Shown here piece by piece: positions 1-9,730 of a DNA stretch of 49,439 bases. Both the position numbers and the translations under genes were made by a program. This DNA is from Ignavibacteriota bacterium (GTDB lineage: Bacteria; Bacteroidota; Ignavibacteria; UBA10030; UBA6906), in the NCBI GenBank assembly GCA_003157485.1, contig PMJQ01000042.1, positions 17,610 to 67,048 on the forward strand. The letters run 5' to 3'. A model generated the notes under the pieces. The model saw nothing but the letters and a program-made list of their open reading frames with translations, had not been told where the DNA came from and ran no database searches. The stretch's first letter is position 1. Each line of letters starts with the position of its first letter.

Positions 1-1
1 C

Positions 2-157
2 TGGGAGCTTGTCCAGTACAGCGGAGCGGTTCACAGCTTCACGATCAAAGGAGCCGGAAGCGACAACAGCAAGGGTGCCGCCTACAATCCGGAAGCGGAC
101 AGGCGTTCGTGGCAGGCGATGAAGGATTTCTTCAAAGAGATCTTCCCATCTGAGTAG
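2..157 (+). CDS. Dienelactone hydrolase family protein, C-terminal fragment (cut by window edge)
   Basis: Manual translation WELVQYSGAVHSFT...AAYNPEADRRSWQAMKDFFKEIFPSE*. Matches the DLH C-terminus with the catalytic His (Y-x-G-A-x-H-x-F). Confidence 0.85.
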   Translation, partial: WELVQYSGAVHSFTIKGAGSDNSKGAAYNPEADRRSWQAMKDFFKEIFPSE

Positions 158-237
158 CCCGGTCGCGCTCACCGCAGGCCCGACGAGGCGGAAGACGACG
201 GCCGCCTCGAGCTTCTTGTGCGCGTCACCCGGCGTCC

Positions 238-3132
238 TCAGTGCGCCGAATCAGGGCGGGCTGCCGAGTCCGCCGCCACGAGTTTCGTGATTTCGTCAAG
301 ACGCCTCTTCAACTCCGGAGTGTTCGGATACGTCCTGTTCAGCGTCTCCAGGAGTTCATGCTCCTTCGCGTACTGCTTCCGCGTATCGTACAAGTCAAGG
401 AGGACCCGGTAGGGGTTGTAGTACGAGTTGACGTTCGCCTTCCCTTCCGCGATTGCTTTTTCACACTCCGCCTCGACGTCATCGGCAAGCGTGTTGAATT
501 CGTCAAGCCGGCCGACCCGGTGATAGAACAGCGCGAGGTCGGATTCCAGCTCCCATCCCATCGGGTACTTGGTGCGGGGGATGATCTGCTCCATCCTGTC
601 GAGGACGGCCGCGCTCGATTTGATGTCGTTCCTGGCGTTCGCGTACGACATGGCAAGCCGGACGAACGCGGAGCGGTAGTTCGTCATCAACCGGCTCGCA
701 TTCTCGTCGAAAAAGACCGTCGTGTCTCCGACCCCGCGAAATTTGTAGCCGTAGGCCGGGGTCCGCGAGAATCCCGAAGGCTCGTGCATCAGATTCCCCT
801 CCAGGACGTCATGGTCCACCCCGAGCTCTTCACGCGTGATTTTCCTCGGCTCCAGGTGCCAGGCCAGTCCGGTGAACCAGAGATACTCATCGAGCCCCAG
901 CTTGGCGTCGGGGGAGCACGTGACGGCGATGTAGATGGGCCGCCTGAACTGGTTCGTCAGGATGATGTCCCGCATCAGGATGTCCTGCACGCGGATCGCC
1001 TTCGTCGCTCCGAACTGCATCGTGTTCGGCATCCGCCAGGCAATCCTGTGCGTGGCAAGGATCGACGAATCCGTGACGCCGAATTTCGCTATCGCCTCCG
1101 GGCTCACCAGGAGGTCTGTCGTGCGCGGCTCCCACTGGACCGGTTCGATCGCACGGATCCTGTCCTCCGACATGCTTATCGGCACGGCGAGCGCATCGGT
1201 GTAGTACGGCTTCACCTTCATCTGGTGAATGTACCAGGGGGTGTTTGCAAGACTCAGGCAGATCACGCGCACGTCGCGGCGGACCCCCTCGACGTCCTGG
1301 AGGTACCAGAGGGGGAACGTGTCGTTGTCCCCGTTCGTGAAGAGGATCGCATCCTTCTCGCAGGTCTGCAGCATGTTGTAGGACAGATCCCAGGGGACCC
1401 AATTCTTCGAGCGGTCGTGCGTGTGATAGTTCGCCTGAAGCATCCTCACCGGAACGCAGTACAGCGCCACGAGAAGGACGAGAAGGGAGAGCGGGCGCAG
1501 GAGCGACGCGTCTTTGACCTTCCCGGCGAGGACGTCGAGTATCCCCCGGATCCCGAGCGCGATCCAGACGGCGAAAATCGAAAACGCGCCCGGATAGAAA
1601 TAGTCACGCTCGCGGGGCTGCGACTCCTGCTGGTTCTGGTAGAATGCGATAAGATACCCCATCACGACGAAGAGTATCAGGAACACCGACGCCATCTTCC
1701 AGTCGTTGCGGAACTGGAAGTAGAGCCCGGCGAGCCCCAGAAGGAACGGGATGCCGAACAGGACTTTGAACTGCCAGTCGGAATCCTGCGCTTCCCCCGC
1801 CCTGCCGACGTAGTTCCAGAGGAGGTACCTGTTGAACATATGGTTCATCTGGTAGCTCAGGAAGAAGTCGAGATCGCTCGAATACGTCGTGTAGATCGCC
1901 TGCTGGTGCGATTCCTGGGACCACCGTCTCTTGAAAATGGGAAACTCCCCGTACTGTTCCCTGTCGAGATACGTGATAAGTCCGGAGAAGGTCTTCGGCT
2001 CGTTCTCGTTCATCGGGGTGTCTTTTCCCGACCGTATGAGAATCATCGTATACGTCGTGAATCCGGCCGTCGCCAGCATAATTCCCAGCACGGCGGTGTG
2101 CATCAGCGTCATTTTCTCCTTCGCCAGCCACCGGGCGAGGATGCCCAATGCGACGAGCATCGCGACAAGCACGAGGAGCCCCCCGCCGATGTTGTCCCCC
2201 GCGATCGTCCTGAGGAGGCCCGGGAGCATCTTGATCACGCCGGGATAAATCACCGCGAGCGCGACCGCGCCTGCAAACACCGGGAAGTAGAACGAGTTCC
2301 TGTTGAACACTTTCTTCCTGAACAGTGCCACGACAATGATGCTCGGGAGGACCATCCATTCCTTGAATTTCAGGTCGAATGCGCGCGAGTCCTCGAGCGA
2401 CGGCGTCGTCCGCCCCGTCTGGTTGGCCCAGAGCACGGCGGCGATGATAAGGAGCAGGGCGACGTGTCCGAGGAACACGTACGCCGACTGGCGGCAGAAC
2501 TCCCGGTCGGTCACGTACTTCCGGAACACGATGATCATGACGACCGCGAGTATCGCGGGGACGCTCATCAGATGCACGCCCGCCGCAAGTCCGGTCAGGA
2601 ACACCATCAGGAGTATGTACCTGCCGTTCCGGGGGGTGTCGGCCTGCTCGTTCCACGCGAGCATGAGCCACACAACGAGGAGGTACAGGAGCGTGCTCGC
2701 GGCGAAGTAGTTCGCTTCCACCGCGCTGAACCAGAACGAGTCGCTGAAGGAGTACGCCAGCGCGCCGATCGCCGCCGCCCCGAACGTGCCGAGCGCATCA
2801 AGGGGAGTCTGAGGATCCCCTCCCTTATAGTGACGTATGAGCTTGACCGCCACAAGGTAGAGGAGGAGCACGGAAAGGGCGCTGGAGACAACCGAAATCA
2901 GATTCATCCTCAGGCCGATGTCACCCGGGATCGGAAGCATGAAAAATACCCGTCCGACGAGGGAAAAAAGAGGCCCACCGGGGGGGTGAGGAACCTCAAG
3001 CATATATGCCGCGGCGGAAAGCTCCCCCGGATCCCAGAACGGAACAGACGGCTGGACCGTCAGGAGGAACTGGATCAGCGAGATGGAAAATACGACGGTC
3101 GCAGTGATTCTGTGGATGAGTCTGTTCTGCAT
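238..3132 (-). CDS. DUF2723 / TMEM260-like GT-C membrane glycosyltransferase (putative protein O-mannosyltransferase)
   Basis: FWDPGE, VPHPPGGPLF, many TM helices, QPRERDYF and FTNGDNDTFPLWYLQ motifs; helical C-terminus. Confidence 0.88.
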   Translation of the reverse strand: MQNRLIHRITATVVFSISLIQFLLTVQPSVPFWDPGELSAAAYMLEVPHPPGGPLFSLVGRVFFMLPIPGDIGLRMNLISVVSSALSVLLLYLVAVKLIRHYKGGDPQTPLDALGTFGAAAIGALAYSFSDSFWFSAVEANYFAASTLLYLLVVWLMLAWNEQADTPRNGRYILLMVFLTGLAAGVHLMSVPAILAVVMIIVFRKYVTDREFCRQSAYVFLGHVALLLIIAAVLWANQTGRTTPSLEDSRAFDLKFKEWMVLPSIIVVALFRKKVFNRNSFYFPVFAGAVALAVIYPGVIKMLPGLLRTIAGDNIGGGLLVLVAMLVALGILARWLAKEKMTLMHTAVLGIMLATAGFTTYTMILIRSGKDTPMNENEPKTFSGLITYLDREQYGEFPIFKRRWSQESHQQAIYTTYSSDLDFFLSYQMNHMFNRYLLWNYVGRAGEAQDSDWQFKVLFGIPFLLGLAGLYFQFRNDWKMASVFLILFVVMGYLIAFYQNQQESQPRERDYFYPGAFSIFAVWIALGIRGILDVLAGKVKDASLLRPLSLLVLLVALYCVPVRMLQANYHTHDRSKNWVPWDLSYNMLQTCEKDAILFTNGDNDTFPLWYLQDVEGVRRDVRVICLSLANTPWYIHQMKVKPYYTDALAVPISMSEDRIRAIEPVQWEPRTTDLLVSPEAIAKFGVTDSSILATHRIAWRMPNTMQFGATKAIRVQDILMRDIILTNQFRRPIYIAVTCSPDAKLGLDEYLWFTGLAWHLEPRKITREELGVDHDVLEGNLMHEPSGFSRTPAYGYKFRGVGDTTVFFDENASRLMTNYRSAFVRLAMSYANARNDIKSSAAVLDRMEQIIPRTKYPMGWELESDLALFYHRVGRLDEFNTLADDVEAECEKAIAEGKANVNSYYNPYRVLLDLYDTRKQYAKEHELLETLNRTYPNTPELKRRLDEITKLVAADSAARPDSAH

Positions 3133-3316
3133 GGGTCAGGGCCTTTTCTGAGCCTGTGGTTCGTTGCTCCGGATTACCCGGGAGGGTTTCACACGCGAAA
3201 TGCCGTGGATACAGAGAAGGATGCGGTCATGAAACGCCGAATCAGGAAATGAATATACGAAGGGAAGATCAAAGAGGAAAGTCCCTATCGACGCAGGGGG
3301 CTCCTGATGGTCCAGG

Positions 3317-4513
3317 TCAGACTCCTCTGAATATCGTCTCTTCGCGCCCGAACCACCGGGCGCATCCGAACAGACTCGCACCCGCCAGCACGAAGAGCGA
3401 CGCATACACTTCAACCAGAAGCCCCGGCTTGATCGTCCCCGCAATGATCTCCTTCGTCGCAAGGGAGACGTTCAGGACCGGTATGAGCGCCGTGACAGAA
3501 TCAAGCGCGACGCCCGGGAACAGCCCGATGAGCACCGGGAGTATGATCACGATCATGAGCGGGCTTATCATGCTCTGCGCCTCCTTGTACGATTTCGCAA
3601 AGATCGACACGGAAAGGAGGAAGGCCGCAAAGAAGACGGTGAGCGGGACAAGGAGAGACAGGACCAGGAGGACGCTCTGCACGTCGAGGATCGCCATGAC
3701 GGCGTTGAACACCGCAGGAGGAATCGTCGAGGCCTGACGCACTGCAAGGAAAATGCCGACGATGGAGACCACCGCGCTCAGGAGCCCCGTCACCACAACA
3801 ACAGCGAATTTCCCCAGGAGAATCTGGAATCTGGTCACGGGCGCCGTGAGTAGTGTTTCCATCGTCCCCCGCTCCTTCTCACCCGCCGCAAGGTCGATCG
3901 CAGGATACATCGAGCCCATGAAGCAGAAGATGACGAACAGGTACGGGAGCATCCCCCCCACCGTCTTGCCAATCCGCTCCTTCATCGACGCCACATCGTG
4001 CTCCTCGATCGAGAGGGGGGTGACGATCCCGGCGTCGATCCTGAGCCGGGCAAACCGGCCGGTAACGATCGTCTTTTCGTACACCGCGATGATGTCCGAC
4101 AGGCGGCGCTTGACCATGTCAAAGTCGTCCGACGACTTGTAGAAGAGACGTATCGTCCCGCTCTTCATGTCCGCCACATGAGCGTCGAAATCCGCAGCGA
4201 CGACGACCCCCGCGTCGATGCTGTCACGGGCGATCATCGCCTCCATGCTGTCCGCAGGGATCCCTTCGACGACGCGAATGTCGGGGCGACCCGTCAGTCC
4301 GGCAACGAGTCCCGCGGCGTTGCCGCGCGCCACGAGCGCGACTCTGAGCGTCTTCTCCTCGGCCTTCTTCATCGACGACATCTGCATGTTCGTCACGATG
4401 ATCATGAGCGCCGGCACAAGAAGCAGGGGGAACACGATCATCACAAAGAGCGTCCGCCTGTCGCGGATCGTATCGGTGAATTCCTTCCTGAATATCGTCG
4501 CGAACCGGTTCAT
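3317..4513 (-). CDS. natB: NatB-like ABC-2 sodium-efflux transporter permease
   Basis: KEFTDTIRDRRTL N-terminus, AIDLAAGEKERGTMETLL, AKSYKEAQ. Start moved to MNRFAT (4513), just after the natA stop. Confidence 0.85.
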   Translation of the reverse strand: MNRFATIFRKEFTDTIRDRRTLFVMIVFPLLLVPALMIIVTNMQMSSMKKAEEKTLRVALVARGNAAGLVAGLTGRPDIRVVEGIPADSMEAMIARDSIDAGVVVAADFDAHVADMKSGTIRLFYKSSDDFDMVKRRLSDIIAVYEKTIVTGRFARLRIDAGIVTPLSIEEHDVASMKERIGKTVGGMLPYLFVIFCFMGSMYPAIDLAAGEKERGTMETLLTAPVTRFQILLGKFAVVVVTGLLSAVVSIVGIFLAVRQASTIPPAVFNAVMAILDVQSVLLVLSLLVPLTVFFAAFLLSVSIFAKSYKEAQSMISPLMIVIILPVLIGLFPGVALDSVTALIPVLNVSLATKEIIAGTIKPGLLVEVYASLFVLAGASLFGCARWFGREETIFRGV

Positions 4514-4514
4514 G

Positions 4515-5282
4515 TCAGGCCGCCTCCACCAGACGCACAAACTCGTCCTCCACAGAACGGGTCTGCATCTGCGTTTCAAATTCCTTGTACGATCCGTTGA
4601 ATATCAGGCTTCCCCTGTGAATGATCGCCAGGTCGTCGCTCAGGAGGCTGACCTCACCCATTCTGTGCGTGGAGAAGATCACGGTCTTCCCCTCCTCCCG
4701 GCACCGCCTGATGAGCTGGATGATCGCGCGCGAGGTCACCACGTCGAGCGCCGATGTCGGCTCGTCGAACACCACGACGTCCGGATTGTGGATGATCGTC
4801 CGTGCAAGGGACACTTTCTGCTTCATGCCGCTGGAAAGCTTGCCGATCCTCCGTCCCGCGAATTCCTGTATTCCGAGGAGCCCGAAAATCTCCTCGCGCC
4901 TCCGGGCATACGTGACGGGGTCCATCCCATACAGGTCCGCGTAGTACTTTATCATCTCATCCGGCGTCAGCCTGTCGTAGAGCCCGGTATTCCCGGTGAG
5001 AAAGCCGATCCTTTTCCGCACTTCCACAGGGTGGGTGACGACATCGAACCCGGCGACCGTTATCGAGCCGCCCGTCGGCCTGAGCATCGTCGCGATCATC
5101 CGGAGCATTGTTGTTTTCCCCGCCCCATTCGGACCGAGGAGCGTGAATATCCGTCCCGGCCTGCATGTGAAGCTGACACTCCTGACGGCGTCGATGCGGG
5201 TTCCCCTGAATTCGGGCCCCATCTCGCGCCGCTGCTGTCGGGAGACTGAGAACGTTTTCGTGACGTTGTCGACAACGATCAT
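4515..5282 (-). CDS. natA: NatA-like ABC transporter ATP-binding protein
   Basis: Walker A GPNGAGKTT, signature LSSGMKQK, Walker B VVVFDEPT, H-loop FSTH. Confidence 0.88.
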   Translation of the reverse strand: MIVVDNVTKTFSVSRQQRREMGPEFRGTRIDAVRSVSFTCRPGRIFTLLGPNGAGKTTMLRMIATMLRPTGGSITVAGFDVVTHPVEVRKRIGFLTGNTGLYDRLTPDEMIKYYADLYGMDPVTYARRREEIFGLLGIQEFAGRRIGKLSSGMKQKVSLARTIIHNPDVVVFDEPTSALDVVTSRAIIQLIRRCREEGKTVIFSTHRMGEVSLLSDDLAIIHRGSLIFNGSYKEFETQMQTRSVEDEFVRLVEAA

Positions 5283-5439
5283 GCCACGTCCTTTCCGCAA
5301 TGGGTTTTTGTCCGCCCTTCCTGACGCTCACTGCGAGGCGCGTGAGGAGAAAGGGGCGGCCTGATGAAAGGCGATAATGAGGAGCAATATAGAATTCACA
5401 TGAGGGAGTAGCAAGACGAACCCGGAGGAAACAAGAAAG

Positions 5440-5455
5440 GTTACCAAATGGTAAC
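5440..5455. promoter_or_regulatory. Palindromic operator-like site GTTACCA-AA-TGGTAAC
   Basis: Perfect 7-2-7 inverted repeat in the AT-rich divergent intergenic region. TATAAT at 5474-5479 and TTGACA at 5493-5498 lie nearby. Confidence 0.5.
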
Positions 5456-5786
5456 ATACGGTACGAAATGTACTATAATCTGTGAACTATACCTTGACAA
5501 ATATAAGCTTTTTCTTTATTGTTATGAAGCTGTTTCTGTCGCCCCGTTTCATCCAATCTCAAAGGAGCCACGAGTTATCCCGGATTGCTACTAGTTTCAG
5601 GCGTTGACAGGTGTCCGGGATGTACGGCGTGTGCCTCCAGTCGCAATCACAACCTCTGAGCGATCGGGTTCTCCCTCTGGAGTGCGGAGAGTTTTCCGGC
5701 ATCACGCGCGTATTCCTTCATACATGAAAGGACGACCCGGCCGGCGCCATACCACACACAGGTGACATCGCGAAAGGGGGAAGGGG

Positions 5787-6209
5787 ATGGACAGAAAGGA
5801 ATTCCTGTCGATACTTGGGTACGGGGCCGCAGCCTGCGCCTGCGGTGCGGCATTCGGGGCATGCACGAACCCGAACGCCGGCGGGAACATCATGGCCCCG
5901 GCCAACGTCGACTTCACGCTCGACCTCACGGCGGCGGCAAACGCGTCACTCAGGAATGTCGGGGGATACGTCTATAATAATGTGGGCGTGATCGTGGCCC
6001 ATGCCCAGAGCGGCTACGTTGCGGCCAGCTACGCATGCACGCATCAGGGATCCACCGTCGTATTCGATGCCAGTACGAACTCATTCTTCTGTCCCGCGCA
6101 CGGCTCACGGTTTTCGCCCGCCGGAGCTGTGATCACCGGGCCGGCGGGGAGTCCGCTGGGTTCGTACAAGACAACGCTGACAGGCAACTCGCTCCATGTG
6201 TATTCATAA
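5787..6209 (+). CDS. Rieske [2Fe-2S] protein with Tat-like, probably lipoprotein, signal
   Basis: MDRKEFL Tat-like start; Rieske boxes CTHQG and CPAHGSRF. Confidence 0.92.
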   Translation: MDRKEFLSILGYGAAACACGAAFGACTNPNAGGNIMAPANVDFTLDLTAAANASLRNVGGYVYNNVGVIVAHAQSGYVAASYACTHQGSTVVFDASTNSFFCPAHGSRFSPAGAVITGPAGSPLGSYKTTLTGNSLHVYS

Positions 6210-6263
6210 ACGCTCCGCGGATCGGAGCGTGCACACCCACACACAACGACAGGATACCGTACG

Positions 6264-7079
6264 ATGAAGGCCCTCTGCACCGCTCTCTTGTTTTTCATTT
6301 TATGGACCCCCATCGCGCTGGCGGACGGCGACAGCGCGCGCGCGACCGCGGCGGAAAGCCCGGCACTGATCCCTGCAACCGACGCACTTCAGGCCCCGGC
6401 GTTCCAGGCCGGCTGGGGGACATCGGATTTTCTCATCCCCTCGGCAGCGTTCCCTGACACGACCCCCGTCGCCCAGGCGGCGCCGCGCTCCACCGCCCGC
6501 CTCCTTCCGTCGAACATGAGTTTCATGGAAAGCGGGCTCTGGGGGGAGCACGGCTTCTTCCGCTCCATCGGGATCGCGGGGGAGCTTTCGCCCGAATCGC
6601 GCAAGAGCGAGCTTTCCGCGAGAAGAACAATGCTGACAATGCACCAGATCGGCGGATTCGTCACGCTCGGGCTCATGGCCGCGACGCTCTACTACGGGCA
6701 GAAGACGCTGAACGATTCGAATATTCCGACACAGGGTCCGAACGGGCAGAATATCGCGAGCCAGGAGCGCACGGACCAGAACAATCACAACAAATTCCTT
6801 ACCTATACGATCATCTCGTACGGGCTGACGGGCCTGCTCGCGGTGATTTCCCCCCCGCCCCTCATCCGGCGGGACGAGACGAGCACGACAACGATTCACA
6901 AAACGCTCGCATGGGTCCATTTCGCGGGCATGGTGCTCACGCCGATCGTTGGCAATATGATCAAGAAGCGTTCGGGGCGCTTCAGCTATATCGACCTCCC
7001 GACCGCCCGGTTCCACCAGATATCGGCGTATGCCACCACGGGAGTGTTCGCCGCGTCGCTTATCGTCATCACATTCTAG
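6264..7079 (+). CDS. Hypothetical membrane protein: signal peptide plus about 4 TM helices with His residues
   Basis: Signal peptide, then hydrophobic segments preceded by His (MHQIGG, NHNKF, IHKTLAWVH, FHQIS). Confidence 0.75.
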   Translation: MKALCTALLFFILWTPIALADGDSARATAAESPALIPATDALQAPAFQAGWGTSDFLIPSAAFPDTTPVAQAAPRSTARLLPSNMSFMESGLWGEHGFFRSIGIAGELSPESRKSELSARRTMLTMHQIGGFVTLGLMAATLYYGQKTLNDSNIPTQGPNGQNIASQERTDQNNHNKFLTYTIISYGLTGLLAVISPPPLIRRDETSTTTIHKTLAWVHFAGMVLTPIVGNMIKKRSGRFSYIDLPTARFHQISAYATTGVFAASLIVITF

Positions 7080-7089
7080 GGGGAATTTC

Positions 7090-7665
7090 ATGAAGACGCT
7101 CATTGCCACGTCGGCGCTTCTCGTGCTCCTTCTCTTCTTTCTTCTCGCGGTTCTTGCCGTCGTCCCCGCCCCCGCGCAGGTGCGGCACCTGAAGCAGGTG
7201 AAGGGAGAATCGTCGATGACGTACAGGATGGTGCACCCGCTCCACAAAATAGAGGCCACCAGCAAGGACGTCACATACGACGTCGAGGCGGACCCCGGAG
7301 CGAAGGAATTCAAAAAGGTCGCGGGAACCGTGGATGTGACGACGTTCGACAGCGGTAACTCGAACCGCGACTCGCACGCAATGGAGGTCATCGATGCGAT
7401 CGATTACCCCGACGCGAGTTTCGACGGGACGGGATTCACGCAGAAGGGAGACAGCCTGTACATCACGGGGAAGGTGACGTTCCACGGCGTCACGCGGGAC
7501 GTCACGGCCGGTGCCGTCGCGCACTGGTCGCAGGAGAAGGTTGTGGTGCAGGGGAGTTTCGTGCTCAGCCTGGAAGCATTCAAGATCGAACGGCCTTCGC
7601 TCCTTCTTGTTCCCGTCGAAGACGGACTGAGCTTCGACTTTGTCGCCGCATTCGGACTGGAGTAA
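7090..7665 (+). CDS. YceI family lipid/polyisoprenoid-binding protein
   Basis: HPLHKIEA, FDSGNSNRDSH, ITGKVTFHGVTR, FKIERPS motifs; GGGGA RBS before ATG 7090. Confidence 0.88.
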   Translation: MKTLIATSALLVLLLFFLLAVLAVVPAPAQVRHLKQVKGESSMTYRMVHPLHKIEATSKDVTYDVEADPGAKEFKKVAGTVDVTTFDSGNSNRDSHAMEVIDAIDYPDASFDGTGFTQKGDSLYITGKVTFHGVTRDVTAGAVAHWSQEKVVVQGSFVLSLEAFKIERPSLLLVPVEDGLSFDFVAAFGLE

Positions 7666-7669
7666 CCTC

Positions 7670-8467
7670 ATGAGAACTTCGCGCTCAGCCGGCACACTCC
7701 TCGTCACGGCGGCGCTCGCCCTTCTGGCGGGATGCGGCACATCGGAAATCGCGAGCCGCTGGCGGAGCCCCGACGCCGTCCTCACCGTGCCGGGAGCCCG
7801 CTGGCCCGCACCCGCATATTCCGACAGGAGGATGTCCCTCACCGTCTGCAACGACAGCGAATATGCGTACATCGGACTCCGGACGACCGACAGGGGAATG
7901 CAGGAACTCATACTCGGGCAGGGGATCACATGGTGGTTTGACAGCGAGGGGGGAACGAAAAGGTCTTTCGGCGTCCGCTATCCACCGTCAGCTCCCCCGC
8001 GGGGCACGGGGGCCGGACCCGAGGAACGCGACGAACTCTCTCCTCCGGGCGGACGGCGAGGGAACCGCGCGGCGCCGACGGAGCTCGAACTCTATTCGGG
8101 GGAGACTCTGCATGAACGGATGAGCATACTTGCGACGGGCGGGATCGAGGCCGGGTTCCACCGGGAGCTTGACACGCTCGTGTATGTGCTCCGGGTCCCC
8201 CTTGCGCCCGGCGCGATACACCCGTTCGGGATAGGCGCAAAGCGGGGAGGTCTCATCGGACTTGGCGCGGTGACCTCAACGGGGAGCGTCTCACCCGACA
8301 TCCCCTCCGCCGGCAGAGCTCCGGAAGGAGAACCTGAAGGCGGATCGGAGGGATTCGGCGCGCGGCGAACCCGTCCCGGCGGCATGGGGGAGGGGAGATC
8401 CGACGAACGGTTCCGCGGAGATCAGATCAATCTCTGGTTCAAGGTCAGGCTTCCGGAACGGGAGTAG
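7670..8467 (+). CDS. Hypothetical lipoprotein
   Basis: Lipobox LLAGC, VCNDSEYAYIGL segment, Gly/Arg-rich tail ending LWFKVRL; 4 nt after the yceI stop. Confidence 0.7.
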   Translation: MRTSRSAGTLLVTAALALLAGCGTSEIASRWRSPDAVLTVPGARWPAPAYSDRRMSLTVCNDSEYAYIGLRTTDRGMQELILGQGITWWFDSEGGTKRSFGVRYPPSAPPRGTGAGPEERDELSPPGGRRGNRAAPTELELYSGETLHERMSILATGGIEAGFHRELDTLVYVLRVPLAPGAIHPFGIGAKRGGLIGLGAVTSTGSVSPDIPSAGRAPEGEPEGGSEGFGARRTRPGGMGEGRSDERFRGDQINLWFKVRLPERE

Positions 8468-8571
8468 TCCCTCCGCTCCGGTCGTTCGCGCATGCAGACG
8501 TTTCTCCCCTGTGCGTGGCTCAGAATTCCACCCGGGGGGCGGAATTGTCAAGGGAGGAAAGCAGAAGACGG

Positions 8572-9360
8572 ATGAATGAGAAGAAACACCGGATCCTCCT
8601 CGCGCTGGCCAGCGTCCCCCTGGTGTTGTTCCTCCTTGTCCCCACCGCAGGACTCCTCCTTCGCGTCCCGCCGCGCGACATGTTCGGCGCATTTCTTGAC
8701 CCGCAGTCGGCCCAGGCGGTGAGCCTGAGCATACTCACGACGCTCGCCACGGTCATCCTCACCGTTCTTTTCGGGACGCCTCTGGCCTACCTCATCGCAC
8801 GGAAGGAATTTCCCGGAAAAAAAGCGCTCGATGCGCTCATCGATCTCCCGATCGTTCTCCCCCCCTCCGTCGCGGGGATCGCACTCCTCGTCACGTTCGG
8901 GAGGCGGGGTCTGGCGGGGCCGTTCTTCAGCGCGCTGGGGATGGAAATCCCCTTTACGCCGGCCGCGGTCGTGCTGGCACAGCTTTTCGTTTCGTCCCCG
9001 TTCTACGTAAAGACGCTCGCGGTCGCGCTGGCGTCCGTCGACCGTGACCTGGAACAGGCGGCCGCCATTGACGGCGCGACAGGCTGGCAAGTCTTCCGAA
9101 GGGTCACGTTTCCCCTTTCTCTCCGCGGGGCGCTGGGGGGAGCGATAATGACATGGGCCCGCGCACTGGGGGAATTCGGGGCGACGATACTCTTCGCCGG
9201 GAACTTCCCCGGGAGAACACAGACGATGCCGCTTGCGATTTACATCGGGTTCGAGCTGGACATGCGGAGAGCGCTGAGCATGGCCGCGATACTTCTGATT
9301 ACGTCATTCGCGGTGCTCGCACTCGTCAAAAGCCTGGCGGGAAAATGGAGCGGGACATAA
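8572..9360 (+). CDS. modB: Molybdate ABC transporter permease (ModB/NifC-like)
   Basis: DLPIVLPPSVAGIALL, EAA loop LEQAAAIDGA, WARALGEFGAT, GNFPGRTQTMPLAIY. Confidence 0.88.
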   Translation: MNEKKHRILLALASVPLVLFLLVPTAGLLLRVPPRDMFGAFLDPQSAQAVSLSILTTLATVILTVLFGTPLAYLIARKEFPGKKALDALIDLPIVLPPSVAGIALLVTFGRRGLAGPFFSALGMEIPFTPAAVVLAQLFVSSPFYVKTLAVALASVDRDLEQAAAIDGATGWQVFRRVTFPLSLRGALGGAIMTWARALGEFGATILFAGNFPGRTQTMPLAIYIGFELDMRRALSMAAILLITSFAVLALVKSLAGKWSGT

Positions 9361-9375
9361 CGGTGGGGCTGCCGG

Positions 9376-9452
9376 TGGCGCCTGAAAACGGCGCCATCCT
9401 CGATGCCGCCTGAAAACGGCGCCATCCCCGATGGCGCCGAAGGGCGGCGACA
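9376..9452. repeat. Tandem 28-bp palindromic (REP-like) repeat, about 2.7 copies
   Basis: tggcgcc-tgaaaac-ggcgcca-tcctcga / tgccgcc-tgaaaac-ggcgcca-tccccga / tggcgcc-gaagggc-ggcgaca, between convergent genes. Confidence 0.8.
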
Positions 9453-9517
9453 CCTCCGGCCGTGCCAGAAAGCGGCGTGGCCTGTGGACACGCCGGAGAG
9501 GGGCGTGCTCTTCGGCG

Positions 9518-9730
9518 TTATGCGTGGGGAATCTGCGCCATAGGGGGAACCTCCTGCTGCACGACCTTCGCCCCTCTCCTTTCAAGCTCCTTCCACGGAA
9601 TCCCGCGCGATTCCTCAAACGCTCTCTTTGCTTCCTCGGGCGTCGTCCGCCTCACAGGATCAAGCGAAACAATCCGCTTACCGTTCTCGACGTACTCCAC
9701 CGCCCAATACACTTCTCTTGTACCCGGCAT
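9518..9730 (-). CDS. Small hypothetical protein (70 aa)
   Basis: GGAGG RBS upstream of ATG, protein-like composition, fills an otherwise empty gap. Confidence 0.65.
   Translation of the reverse strand: MPGTREVYWAVEYVENGKRIVSLDPVRRTTPEEAKRAFEESRGIPWKELERRGAKVVQQEVPPMAQIPHA

Noticed and set aside
241-3252. 1003-aa plus-strand ORF and similar long antisense ORFs (14549-16339, 16483-17856, 34188-35360, 36388-37497, 39741-41144)
   Set aside because: Shadow frames opposite well-supported genes. They are Arg/Pro/Gly-rich with no motifs, as expected from high-GC codon bias.
5524-5607. 27-aa ORF MKLFLSPRF... or a structured ncRNA in the natA-Rieske gap
   Set aside because: No RBS, the ATG abuts a putative -10 box, and only a short 8-bp inverted repeat is present; no recognisable RNA family.
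9376-9452. Possible mini CRISPR array
   Set aside because: Units are directly tandem with no unique spacers, and no cas genes are present.
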